64,000 bases of DNA from Eledone cirrhosa (lineage: Eukaryota), in NCBI GenBank assembly GCA_964016885.1, contig OZ024743.1, forward strand, positions 85,250,001 through 85,314,000, given 5' to 3'. The notes beneath the pieces are model-generated. The model had not been told where the DNA came from. It did no database searches and was given only the letters and a program-made list of their open reading frames with translations. Below, in pieces: positions 1 to 12,110 of the stretch. The translations under genes were made by a program, and so were the position numbers. Positions within the stretch are counted from its first letter, which is position 1, and each line of letters opens with the position of its first letter.

Positions 1-140
1 CAACAAAAACAGCAACGATAACCTCAACAGCAACAACAACTACAACACAAACAACAACGGTAACCTCAACAGCAACAACAACTACAACACAAACAACAAA
101 AGCAACTCCCCCCTCCAATCATTAACAACAATAACAACTT
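1..140. repeat. (CAA)n-rich low-complexity repeat
   Basis: Degenerate CAA/CAG/CTA triplets with an internal duplication of about 42 bp. Confidence 0.85.
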
Positions 141-883
141 AACAGAGTTAGTTGAAGCTCATATGATGGATCTTTTAATGGAGAATCCATTTGAGGTTTG
201 TGAGGAGAATAACTAAGCTGGCAGAGAGGGGAGATTATTTACAAGTATTGCAAACAACTTGTGTAAGTGTATATATATATTTCGTTTCTGAATTTGTTTA
301 GCAAGATTCTTTATCTGAAAACGTGTGTTGAAACCGATATTGTTATGCTTTGGGAGGGTCATGTTGCCAATAAGAAACACACGCACCAGTGCTTTCACTT
401 CAATTTATTATAAATTAAATTTATAAATTTAGGAATTTATAAATTTCCGGTTGGTTGGTTCCACAACCAGACGATTGTTCATATATTGTCAAAGTTCTTT
501 CGTCCGCTTTTCCCTGTATATATATTACATGGCATGACATATATATATAGATGCTATGCCATATCATGGGCCCGTAACTCATGATGGAGTCGTAAAAGTG
601 CTGTAGCATTGTAGTGACATATACCATGTCTTGGGTATTTAAACCTGGCTGAGTCTATTCCTCCCCAGATCTGAACACAGCTGACTTCTTCAAGGGAAAG
701 AAGGAGCCGCAGAGTGCAAGTAGAAAAGAATAGAACTCAGTATTAAACTGGTACTTTATTTATCAACCACAAAAGTATGAAAGGCAAAGTTGATCATGGT
801 GGGATTTGAACTCAGTAAGACTTGTAACAAATACTACAGAGCATTCTATCCAACATTCTATTGAGTCTGTCAATTCACTGCCT

Positions 884-899
884 TACATAATACATATAC

Positions 900-950
<51 letters not shown>

Positions 951-1110
951 CATACATACATATATGTGTACATATACATATACAGACATACATATATATA
1001 TACACATATGTATACATATATAAATATACATATACACACATATATATACATATATAAACATATGTATACACACATATATGTATAATATATACATATATAT
1101 ATATATATAA
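884..1110. repeat. (TA)n/(TACA)n microsatellite
   Basis: Read directly; source of the YIYI ORFs. Confidence 0.95.
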
Positions 1111-1165
1111 TATTGAAAAAGTGGAGAATAATATGGTCAACAGTACAAAAAAGGGGATTTATTTG

Positions 1166-1275
1166 CAGTCTAACAATTGTTTCACTGATAAAGTTGTCTA
1201 AAAATTGCTGAAAACTAAAAGCAGTGCCACAAAATTTTAAATACGATGTTAGCTCTATCAGATCTTCGGAAGCTG
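1166..1275 (-). ncRNA. Degenerate type I hammerhead ribozyme with long helix II
   Basis: Minus strand: cagctt-CCGAAGA (one change from CTGAAGA)-T-CTGATAGAG...CTTTATCAG-T-GAAAC-AATT-GT-T-agactg. Helix III ACAATTGT is palindromic; AATAAA follows. Confidence 0.6.
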
Positions 1276-1332
1276 TTAAAAAAATATATATGTAACTGGC
1301 AAATTTACAAATTCAAATTACATCATCAATAA

Positions 1333-1518
1333 TAATTGTTTCTACTTTAGGCACAAGGCCAGCAATTACCCAGTGCATTACTGGTACTTTATTTTATCGA
1401 CCCTCTAAGGATGAAAGGCAAAGTCAACCTCGGCGAGATGTGAACTCAGATCGTAAAGGGGCGTAACTATGCTGGAAAGCATGGCATCCGACCCTCTACC
1501 GATACTGCCAATCCACTC
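1333..1518 (-). mobile_element. tRNA-derived SINE, family S1 (Deu/Nin-like central domain)
   Basis: Minus strand: head GTGGATTGGCAGTATCGGTAGAGGG, B box GAGTTCACATC, central GCCTTTCATCCTT..GGGTCGATAAAATAAAGTACCAG, tail GGCCTTGTGCCTAAAGTAGAAACAATTATT. Confidence 0.85.
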
Positions 1519-2360
1519 AATAATAATAATAATAATAATAAAGATATAGAGAGAAAAGGAAGAAGAAAGGGAGATAGATACAGTAAAGAAAGAAAGGAAA
1601 GGAAGGGAAAAGAAGAAGGAAAAAGAAAAAGAGAAAGAAGAAGAAAAAGGAGAAATTATTATAGATAAAAATATAAAGAGAAGAAGAGATATAGAAGATG
1701 ATGGTAGACAGATGAGAGACAAACATAAGAAGAAATAACGTAGGATAGAAAGAAGAATAGAGGGACAAATAAATGAATAAACGTTAATACATGAATAAAT
1801 GTAAATAAAAATAAAAATAGATATATAAAAAATATATGAAAAATATATAAAAAATTGATAAATAAATAAATAAATAAATAAATTACATCTAATGTGATAT
1901 AAAATGGTATAAAATGTGTAAAGTGAAGAATACAAATAAATACGTAAAAGAAGTAAAAATGTGCGAAGAATATTTAAACATATTAAAATTATCGAGAATG
2001 GTTTTTGAGAATTGTTAAAATATATGGAGAGATATTAAGGTGAAAATATGATAATGTTAAATATATTTATGTGTGTATTGGTTATTTTAATAAATAAATT
2101 AATTAATTAGTTTTAAGTTATATTATATGATAAAATAAAATGATAAAGATGAAATAAATTTAGGGAGAGAAATATAAAGATAGAGAGTGAAAGATAGAGA
2201 TATATAAAATAAGAATGTAAATATAAGAGGTTTTTATGTTGTTCTTTGATAGATGATGACAATTATAATTATAATCATAATTATAATGATGATGATACTG
2301 ATAATGTGATATAATAAATCCAAGTGGTACAATCTGGGTTATGGAATAGATAAGATGGAA

Positions 2361-2684
2361 TTAAGCTGGTCTAAAGTTCTCAAATTTAGTCGCCGATTTA
2401 TGTCAACGAAAAATAGTTCTTTCAATTTTACTGTTAAGAAGAATTTTGTTGTAATTTAAAATTTGGAAAAGTTCCATATTACAGAGACCACAGTGGGACA
2501 TACCAATTTGATAGGCCTTTGCTTTTAATAGCTTTGTCCAGCTGATTTTATATTCCATGTTTGCATCTTTGAGTTGCCAGATTTTATTGGCGAGAGTCGT
2601 TGTATTTGAGAGATTCCTGTTAGTCATAGAGTGTCTATGTACGTACCACCTTTTGTTAAACTCCTAGAGACAAATATAGTATAC
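2361..2684 (-). pseudogene. Penelope-like element C-terminal GIY-YIG endonuclease remnant
   Basis: Minus-strand translation VYYICL*EFNKRWYVHRHSMTNR...TTLANKIWQLKDANMEYKISWTKLLKAKAY...CGLCNMEL...LLNSKIE...R*HK fits the PLE EN pattern YIG..FK.R...H, L..YIW.LK, I.W, C.LC..E, LLN...E, CRH. Two in-frame stops. Confidence 0.75.
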
Positions 2685-2697
2685 TTATGAACTATAA

Positions 2698-2746
2698 ATT
2701 CAGGTAGCTAGCTTAACATGGCATTACCTTGGTTCCACAGCTGGGG

Positions 2747-2790
<44 letters not shown>

Positions 2791-2833
2791 CCCCAGCTAT
2801 GGAACCAAGGTAATGCCATGTTAAGCTACCTGA

Positions 2834-2834
<1 letters not shown>
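2698..2834. repeat. Inverted repeat with about 50-bp arms around a (TA)n spacer
   Basis: TTCAGGTAGC(TAGC)TTAACATGGCATTACCTTGGTTCCACAGCTGGGGAGTT and its reverse complement at 2786-2834; one mismatch and a 4-nt indel. Confidence 0.9.
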
Positions 2835-3700
<866 letters not shown>

Positions 3701-4316
3701 TGATGAAGATCTTACAGGCTTATGGAATCCCCAAGAGGATAGTGGACCTGATATCACTGCTCTACACCAACACCAAAGCCCAAGTCATTACACCTGATGA
3801 GATGACAGAGTTCTTTGAGATACTGGCTGGAGTGCTCCAGGGAGATACATCGGCTCCCTACCTTTTTATCATCGTAGTGGACTATTGTATGCGCCTTGCA
3901 CTGGCTTTACTGTAGCACCGGCTCAGAGCAGGAGAGTTGGGGCGAAAAAGGTATCGGATGCTGAATTTGCCGATGACATAGTTTTGGTGACAAATACAGT
4001 GAAGGAGGCAGAGGATTTGATGCGGGAGGTTGAGACTGTGTCGATGAGTGTGGGGCTGAGAATGAATGAGACTGAAACAAAATATCTGGTAGAGAATGTT
4101 GAGAAGCCAGAGGGGATCACTAATGTAGGCGGGAAGCCGCTGGAATTGGTTGAGGACTTCCTGTATTTGGGAGCAAAGATTGGGAATACGGAAGATGATG
4201 TGGTTGAGAGGAAGAGCAAGGCCTGGGCGGCGTGTCACAGCTTGAGATCGGTGTGGAAGTCGGACCTTCGTAGAGACCTGAAAATCCGCCTCTTCATTGC
4301 TGTAGTGGAGTCTGTG
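3701..4316 (+). mobile_element. RTE-like LINE reverse transcriptase fragment (frameshifted)
   Basis: ILQAYGIP...[19 protein letters not shown], then in another frame [10 protein letters not shown]...[11 protein letters not shown]...VEDFLYLG...[14 protein letters not shown]. Confidence 0.85.
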
Positions 4317-4523
4317 TATATATATATATATATAAATATATATAAATATATATATAAATATATATATAAATATATATATATTTATATATAAATATATATA
4401 TATAAATATATATAAATATATATATATATAAATATATATATATATATGAATATATATATATATATATATATGAATATATATATATATATATATGAATATA
4501 TATATATGAATATATATATATGA

Positions 4524-4587
<64 letters not shown>
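4317..4587. repeat. (TA)n array with TAAA/TGAA variants
   Basis: Read directly. Confidence 0.95.
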
Positions 4588-4590
<3 letters not shown>

Positions 4591-4638
4591 AGACGTAAAA
4601 TAAGAAAATTATAAAATTAACTTACTTACTAAAATATC

Positions 4639-4720
4639 ACTTCCAACTAATTAGTTTCTGGAATGGAGTAGATACATCTTCCGAAGAAGGTGTAGAGAAA
4701 CATCCCGTCATCAGGAAAGT
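4639..4720 (-). ncRNA. Type I hammerhead ribozyme, copy 1
   Basis: ACTTTC-CTGATGA-C-GGGATG...CATTCC-A-GAAAC-TAATTA-GT-T-GGAAGT: 6-bp helix I, 6-bp helix II base, palindromic ACTAATTAGT, GUU site. Confidence 0.85.
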
Positions 4721-5160
4721 CAATTCTCATATAAGTTTCAAGGCAAAGCGAGGACACTGGAAGCTTATTAAAAAATAAAACAGTGAATAGGAAATAGCAA
4801 AGCGTGGACTTAATTCCTAGCCATTGAGAAAATCACTGCCTCTGTGTCCGTGGCAAATTCAAAAAGAATCGAACACGTGACATCGAGGTCAATCGGTGGA
4901 AAGTGGGTTGTTAATAAGACAGCGGCCAGCCTACTACTGTAGCAGCAGTTATGGCCAGTATTGCTCGACAAAAGATTTGGAGATAATAATAAAGAATTCA
5001 TATCTAGTAGCATATATATACATACAAATGCATATCGATGCTAGCAAATATATAGGTTTTGTCTTAATAACATTGTGGTTCAATGCATGGGGTTGCAGAA
5101 CAATAATATAAGAGACGTAAAATAAGAAAATTATAAAATTAACTTACTTACTAAAATATC

Positions 5161-5242
5161 ACTTCCAACTAATTAATTTCTGGAATGGAGTAGATACATC
5201 TTCCGAAGAAGGTGTAGAGAAACATCCCGTCATCAGGAAAGT
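5161..5242 (-). ncRNA. Type I hammerhead ribozyme, copy 2
   Basis: Same as 4639-4720 except GAAAT replaces GAAAC (C-G becomes U.G in helix III). Confidence 0.8.
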
Positions 5243-5410
5243 CAATTCTCATATAAGTTTCAAGGCAAAGCGAGGACACTGGAAGCTTATTAAAAAATAA
5301 AACAGTGAATAGGAAATAGCAAAGCGTGGACTTAATTCCTAGCCATTGAGAAAATCACTGCCTCTGTGTCCGTGGCAAATTCAAAAAGAATCAAACACGT
5401 GACATCGAGG

Positions 5411-7515
5411 AGTTTTCCCACTTGAGGCATGAGTGGTTGTCTTGCTCGCATAGGACTGTCTGGCGGGTTTTCTACAGCTGGATGCCCTTCCTAACACCAA
5501 CCACATTTACAGTGTGGGACTGGGAGGTTTTTAGCGTGTTACCTACACGGCCACATTACAGCGTGGACTGTGTGTTTTTTTTTTGTCGTGACACCTACAC
5601 GACCTCATTTGTTTCGGCCTGGATGTTGTGGCACCAACATAACTTTACATTGAAAGGGGCGGTGTGGATGGGGTAGGGGTGGTGGGACGGGGGTGTATTT
5701 TGTTAGAGGTGCCTACTGACTGTAGTAGGTTTTACTTTGTATTTAGGTAAGGCAGGTCTTCTCTATTACTGAGTACCGCCAAAGATCTCGGTCCAGTGAC
5801 ATTGTCTTGGAGAGGTGTAAGTGTGTGAGGTCGGAATTTATCAAGTCGTCCCAGGTTTTTCTGGGTCTGCCTACTCCGTGGCTACCGTCTATCTTTATTG
5901 CCCTGCACTTTTTTATACAGCTGTCGTCTTTCATGCGCATCACGTGACCATACCAACTTAGCCTTCTCTTGAGTAAACAAAATTGATCCCTCTTATTTCT
6001 AATTTTTCCCTTAGTTCGTTAATGCTTTGCCGTTCACGTATATTACTATTACACATCCAGCGGAGCATGCAAGCTTCGTTCCTCTCTAGTCTGCGTATAT
6101 CCTCTGCACACAATGCCCAGGTCTCACTGCCATGCAACATTGCTGTTCGTATGCAGGCATCATACAACCTGCCTTTCATTTTTAGGGAGAACCCTTTAGC
6201 GGCTAATAGTCGTATAAGCTCTCTGAACTTTTTCCATCCAGTTCTGACTCTAGCTACTGTACTTTCAGAGCACCCTCCCCCACTGCTGATTTTGTCACCC
6301 AGGTAACGGAAGCTGTCCACTATTTCTATAGAGCCCTTTGCGCAGTTGAAAGAGCTAGTATTTTGTGGGCACTTGCTGCTACTTATTGCACCAGAGCACC
6401 GGCCACATGTAAAATCTATGTTCTTAGTTAGCTTACCTGTGATCCCACTACATCTTTTATGCACCCATACTTTGCATTTGGGGCATAAAATGGAGTTTCT
6501 ACCTACGCCTTTCCTACACACTGAGCATGGCCATTTCCCGGAAGGGACCGGCGCCTTATTTTCTTTCCGACAAACTAGAACTTTAGTCTTAGCCAGGTTA
6601 ATTTTAAGGCCTTTTGATTCTAGGCCGTGCTTCCATGTTTGGAATTTCTTCTCTAGCTCGGCGATTGATTCAGCTATGAGCGTTAGATCATCTGCGTATA
6701 GGAGCATATGGGCAGCCGGTCTTGAACTCCACTGTTATAGCCTGAAGGGCAATAATAAATAGTAGGGGGCTAAGAACAGAGCCCTGATGGACACCAACTT
6801 TTACGCTAAACTCTTCACTATATTCGTTGTTAATTCTAACCTTGCTGACTGTTTCTTTATACATGGCTTGTATAGCTCTCACAAGCCATTCATCAACACC
6901 TAGTTTTCTAAGAGCCCACCACATAATGGAACGGGGGACTCTGTCGAAGGCTTTCTCCAAGTCGACAAAAGCTAAGTATAGGGGTTTACTTTTAGCTAGG
7001 TACTTCTCCTGTAGTTGTCGTACTATGAAAAGAGCGTCTGTGGTACTTTTGCCTGATACAAACCCGAACTGCATTTTATCTAGATCAATTCTCTCTCTGA
7101 TTAGTTGCGCTATTACTTTTTCCGTGACCTTCATGACCTGGTCGATTAATTTAATGCCTCTATAGTTACACCTATTTAGGGCATCTCCTTTACCCTTGTA
7201 ACAGTTAATGATGATGCTGCTATGCCAGTCCTTCGGAACAACCCCATTCTGTATGACTTGGTTTACTATCCGGGTGACCATGGTGTGTCCCACCGTTCCA
7301 GAGGCTTTCAGCATCTCAGCAACTATTTCCGAAGGCCCAGCTGCCTTACCCGTCTTCATATCTTTGATTGCCTTACTTATTATACTACCTTCGACTAACA
7401 CTGCTGGTCCCTCTATTGGGTCGATGTGGGGGAGACTGTCTTTCTCCCATTTATTCTCCTCATTTAGTAGCCTTTCGTAGTGACACTTCCAAGCTACCTT
7501 CTTATCAGCGTCAGT
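5411..7515 (-). mobile_element. 5'-truncated RTE-clade LINE (RT, PHD-like finger, long 3' UTR), frameshifted
   Basis: ORFs 6688-7566, 5958-6707 and 5743-5943: KGKGDAL...NYRGIKL, QFGF, FVDLEKAFDRVP, GVHQGSVLSPLLF, LLYADD, FRYLG, LHGSETW, GRPRKTW. Confidence 0.95.
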
Positions 7516-7532
7516 GATATATATATATATAT

Positions 7533-8183
7533 ACGCCGCAGCTCCATTATTATCATATTTACACATATATTTTTTCCTCCGCTGCTACCCGTCTGTTTCG
7601 TTCTTTGTATCTTTACCCTTTCTAGCAGTCTCTCTCTCTCTGTTAGCCTCTTCCTCACCTTTCACTCACTCATTCTCTGTCACTACCTCTCCTCCTCCCC
7701 TTTCTTCCCGTTTGACCTGTCCGTAATCCTTTTCTCGCGCGCACTTGGCCAAACCGGTATGAATTTTTTTTTTCTCTCTCTCGTCTGCGACTTCACAGAA
7801 CTTATGTTTACCGAATTCGCAGACCAGACCCCTTCTTCCTCCCGTTAGACCTGTGCGAAATTCCTTCCTTGCTCACATTTCAACCAGGTTTGATGGTCTT
7901 TATTCTCTCGTTCACGAATCCACCGAATTTATATTCATAGAAATCTGGGACTTGTTTCTTTCTTCTTCATCACTTTCTGTTGCTTAAACCATTTTGTTTG
8001 TTTACCCTAGCGTCCCCTTTATTTACGTGTCCCAACGACTTTTTTTAGCCGTTGCTCGCACCAACCTGAGATATATGGCCTTTAAAGCGACGAAATGCCT
8101 ACGACGGTTGGAAGGCCACTGATGAAGGACAAACTTTTTCATATGTAACCCATTTGCAACGCCGCAGCTCCATTATTATCATA
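7533..8183 (+). mobile_element. Unclassified element of about 650 bp bounded by 25-bp direct repeats (probable PLE pseudo-LTR)
   Basis: ACGCCGCAGCTCCATTATTATCATA at 7533-7557 and 8159-8183; lies between (TA)n and (TACA)n; CTGATGA at 8119-8125. Confidence 0.55.
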
Positions 8184-8229
8184 CATACATACATACATAC
8201 ATACATACATACATACATACATACATACA

Positions 8230-8278
<49 letters not shown>

Positions 8279-8601
8279 GGCTTAGTGGTTAGAGCATTGG
8301 CCTTGCAATCGAAAGCTTTTGAGTTCAATTCTCAAACCGGGTGATGTGTTGTTTCCTTGAGCAAGACACTTTATTTCACATTGCTCCAGTTTACTCAGCT
8401 GTAGAAATGAGATGATAGGGACTGGGGTCCATATCATTCCACTGCAAAGTGGTCGTGGAGGTGCCACGGCAAAAAAGCGCCCAGCACTCACTGTAAATGA
8501 GGTTGGTGTGAGGAAGGGCATCCAGCTGTAGAAATCAAGCCAGAATCAGTTCCCGTCCCAACCTTGCAAGCAGGGAAAAAGTGGACGTAAAATGATGATG
8601 A
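8279..8601 (+). mobile_element. Composite tRNA-SINE, family S2 (CORE/Meta-like body, RTE-derived middle and tail)
   Basis: A box GGCTTAGTGGTTAGAGC, B box GAGTTCAATTC, TCCTTGAGCAAGACACTTTA, GGAAGGGCATCCAGCTGTAGAAA, tail CCTTGCAAGCAGGGAAAAAGTGGACGTAAAA(TGA)n. Related pieces at 8651-8770, 21141-21400 and 25250-25470. Confidence 0.8.
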
Positions 8602-8896
8602 TATATATATATATATATCATCATTTTACATATTTATATATATATAGTGAAGGCATGTGGCTGATTGGTTAGAGAACTGGAGATTCGCAATTGTGAGGTT
8701 GTCGGTTTGTTTCCTGGACCGGGCGATGCGTTATGTCCTTGAACAAGACATTTTATTTCACGTTGCTCCTTCTACTTGGAGTTGCAACCGATAGATAGTA
8801 TAAGCAATTGGAAAGACCAACGGAAACATTGTTTTCTCGGTCCGATTTGATGAAAGTCGATCGACAAAAAATAAAATATATATATATATATACATA

Positions 8897-10792
8897 GCAT
8901 CATCATCACCGTTTTATGTCTGTTCTTCCACGCTAGCATGGGATAGATGGGTTGTCCTGTTGTGGGCAGTGTCCGGTCGGCTGACCTTGTCTTGCTCATA
9001 CGGGAACTGATTCTGGCTTGATTTCTACAGCTGGATGCCCTTCCTAACACCAACCTCATTTACAGTGAGTGCTGGGTGCTTTTTTTCCATGGCGCCTACA
9101 CGTCCACTTTACAGTGTGGGCTGGGTGCTTTTTTGCCGTGGCACCTCCATGACCACTTTGCAGTGGGAGGGTCTGGGGTCATATTTTCTATATGCTTCAG
9201 CTTCGGCTTGTACCTGTGGGGGGGGGGGGGGGGGGTACCCTGTATTACTGTGTGACGCCAGAGGTCACGGTTGTGTGTCATCGGCTTTGAGAGGTGTAAT
9301 TGGTAAGGTCGGTTTTTATCACCTCATCCCAGGTCTTCTTGGGTCTCCCACTCCGCGGTTTCCATCGACTTTTAGTGCTCTGCACCTTTTTATGCAGCTG
9401 TCATCCTTCATACACATCACATGTCCATACCAACACAACCGCCTCTCCTGCACACAGCATTTGATTCCTCTTATGCTCAGTCTCTCTCTCAATTCATTTA
9501 TGCCGTTCACGTATATTACTATTACACATCCATCGGAGCATGCAGGCTTCGTTTCTTTCTAATCTATGCAAGTCTTCCACATTCAGCGCCCAGGACTCAC
9601 TACAATGTAACATTGCTGTTCGTATACACGCATCATACAGTCTGCCTTTCATTTTGAGGGAAAAGCCTTTTGCAGCTAGCAGTGACATTAGCTCCCTGTA
9701 CTTCTTCCATCCCGTTCTTACCCTAGTTATTGTACTTTCCGAACACCCACCTCCGCTGCTAATTCGGTCACCTAGGTAGCAGAAGCTGTCTACTGTTTCT
9801 ACAGAGCCCTCCCAGAGATTGGTGGTACTTGTTTCCTGTGGCTGTTTGCTGCTTGCTGTCCCAGCACAGCTGCTACATGTGAAGCCTACATTCTTAGTTA
9901 AGCTTCCTGAAATCCCGCTACATCTCTTGTGTACCATTGTTTGCACTTGGGGCAGAGAATGGAGTTCCTACCTACACCTTTCCTACATACTGAGCAAGGC
10001 CATTTCCCTGAGGGGATCTGGGTTCTGTTTTCTCGTCTACTTACAAGGACCTTAGTCTTTGTCATGTTGACTTTGAGACCCTTTCTTTCTAGTCCCTGCT
10101 TCCAAGTTTGGAATTTCTTCTCTAGTTCTACCATAGATTCAGCTATAACTGCAAGGTCATCTGCATACAGGAGTTCCCATGGGCATCCGGTCTTAAACTC
10201 CTCCGTTATTGCCTGCAGGACTATGATGAACAGGAGAGAGCTAAGAACAGAGCCCTGGTGGACACCGACCTGTACGCTAAATTCCTCGCTATATTCATTG
10301 CTAATCGTAATTTTGCTGACTGCTCCCGTATACATGGCTTGTACAGCTTTCACAAGCCATTCATCTACTCCTAGTTTTCTAAGAGCCCACCAGATTATAG
10401 CACGGGGAACTCTGTCAAAGGCTTTCTCAAGATCGACGAATGCCAGGTAGAGTGGCTTACTTTTAACTAAGTACTTTTCCTGTAACTGCCTCACAAGGAA
10501 GAGGGCATCAGTGGTGCCTCTTCCTGGTACAAACCCAAATTGCATCTCATCTAGTTTCACCCGGTCCCTAATCAACTGTGCTATAACTCTTTCTGTTACT
10601 TTCATGACCTGGTCCATCAGCTTTATACCTCTATAGTTTCCTCTATCGAGTGCATCACCTTTACCTGTAACAGTTGGCAATGATGCTACTGCACCAATCC
10701 TTTGGTATGACACCTTCTAGTATTACCTGGTTAACAATACGTGTGGTTATAGTGTGACCTACCGACCCAGACGCCCTCAGCATCTCGGCAGC
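8897..10792 (-). mobile_element. 5'-truncated RTE-clade LINE with 3' UTR and (GAT)n tail, frameshifted
   Basis: ORFs 9898-10713, 9494-9946 and 9319-9510 with FVDLEKAFD, QGSVLS, LLYADD, CSVC..CPKC..H..C finger; tail CCATGCTAGCGTGGAAGAACAGACATAAAACGG(TGA)n. Confidence 0.95.
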
Positions 10793-10834
10793 TAAGGACG
10801 AGTGGTTACTCCTTCATTACGTTTATTGGTCGGT

Positions 10835-10913
10835 GACATGCGTTTCGCCACTGATCAGCTCAAGGTTTGAACTGTATCGATCTTACCCAACTCTGTAATC
10901 CACGGCTCATCAG
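10835..10913 (-). ncRNA. Hammerhead core with extended helix II; helix I not evident
   Basis: CTGATGA-GCCGTGGATT...GATCAGTGGC-GAAAC-GCAT-GT-C, then AATAAA. Decayed homologue on the + strand at 11600-11700. Confidence 0.6.
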
Positions 10914-11142
10914 TTACACTCCCTGGATATATATGTATATTTAGGTTTGTTGGTTCACCGCTGGATAGAACTGGTCATTCCCTATAGTCAACCGTGATGT
11001 AATATTAGGAAAAGCACTCAACGTTATGCAACTCAAGCATCTTCATTTATGTTGAATCTTGTTGGTGGTGCGAGAGCGGAGTTAATTATTTCTCAATATA
11101 TATATATATATTATTACTCAATATATATATATATATATGTGT

Positions 11143-11270
11143 ATGAGCAAGACAAGGTCAGCCGACTGGACACTGCCCACAACAGTACAACCCGTCTAAC
11201 CCATGCTAGCGTGGAAGAACGGACGTAAAACAGTGATGATGATGATGATGTATGTATGTGTATGTGTGTT

Positions 11271-11301
<31 letters not shown>

Positions 11302-12110
11302 TATCATCATTTAATGTCCACTCTCCCTGCTAGCAAGGGTTGGATGGGTCTACATAGACCAAGTCAGTACTGAAGTGGGGCCACTGGCATCCCAGACAGG
11401 CCGAGGATGTCTGTATCCTGCTTATGCACAGTCATTTACATGTGCAGAGGTGAAGTTGTTGTGTCTTTTAACACAAACTGAGGGATCCTTCTAACCTCTT
11501 GTTTGGCAAGCTTTCTACAGCTGGATGCCCTTCCTAACACCAACCACTTTACACACTTTTTACAGTGTTTACTGGGTGATGTATACATATATATATCTGT
11601 ATCGGCCAGATCAATACAGATCGAACATTTGAGCTGATCAATAGCGAAACACACATCACCAATCAATAATCATAATGAAGACATAACAAATTGTCCTTGT
11701 ATTATTATTATCATCATCATCATCATCATCCTCGTTCACTTTTCACGCTAGCATGGGTTAGAGGGGAGTTGTCCCACTTGGCAAGGTTGGTTAGGTGACC
11801 GTGTCTCGCTCATATAGGACTATCTGGCAGGTTTTCTACGGCTGGATGCCCTTCCTAACACCAACCACATTTACAGTGTGGAACTGGGATCTTTTTACCG
11901 TGCTACCTACACGGCTATTATATATATACATATATATATGTGTGTGTGTGTGTATATATATTCGTATATGCTGTAGAAAACCTGCCAGATACAGTCTTAT
12001 ACAAGCGAGACACAGTTACCTGAATAATCTTGCTTCAAGTGGGACAATTCCCGCCTAATCCATGCTAGCATGGAAGATAGATGTTAAACGATGAGGATAT
12101 TGATGATGAT
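11143..12110. mobile_element. Cluster of RTE 3'-UTR/tail fragments and non-autonomous derivatives in both orientations
   Basis: Recurrent GGATGCCCTTCCTAACACCAACC and CCATGCTAGCATGGAA...(GAT)n. Further copies near 13590-13930, 16835-17060, 21952-22310, 26390-26660, 27704-27960, 50795-50900 and 57170-57520. Confidence 0.8.

Larger units (their letters stand above)
4587..5410 (-). mobile_element. Partial tandem element with 522-bp period and one hammerhead per unit (PLE pseudo-LTR/retrozyme-like)
   Basis: 4587-4888 is repeated almost identically at 5109-5410 (offset 522); the minus-strand 3' end abuts (TA)n. Confidence 0.8.

Noticed and set aside
2403-2405. In-frame TGA in the PLE endonuclease as selenocysteine
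   Set aside because: The copy has other lesions (TAG, YIG changed to YIC), and CGA-to-TGA decay explains it more simply.
5983-7480. Plus-strand ORFs overlapping the RTE (and equivalents at 9540-10450 and 40406-42819)
   Set aside because: Antisense shadows of LINE coding sequence.
8279-8340. tRNA genes
   Set aside because: A and B boxes continue into SINE bodies and no complete cloverleaf was found.
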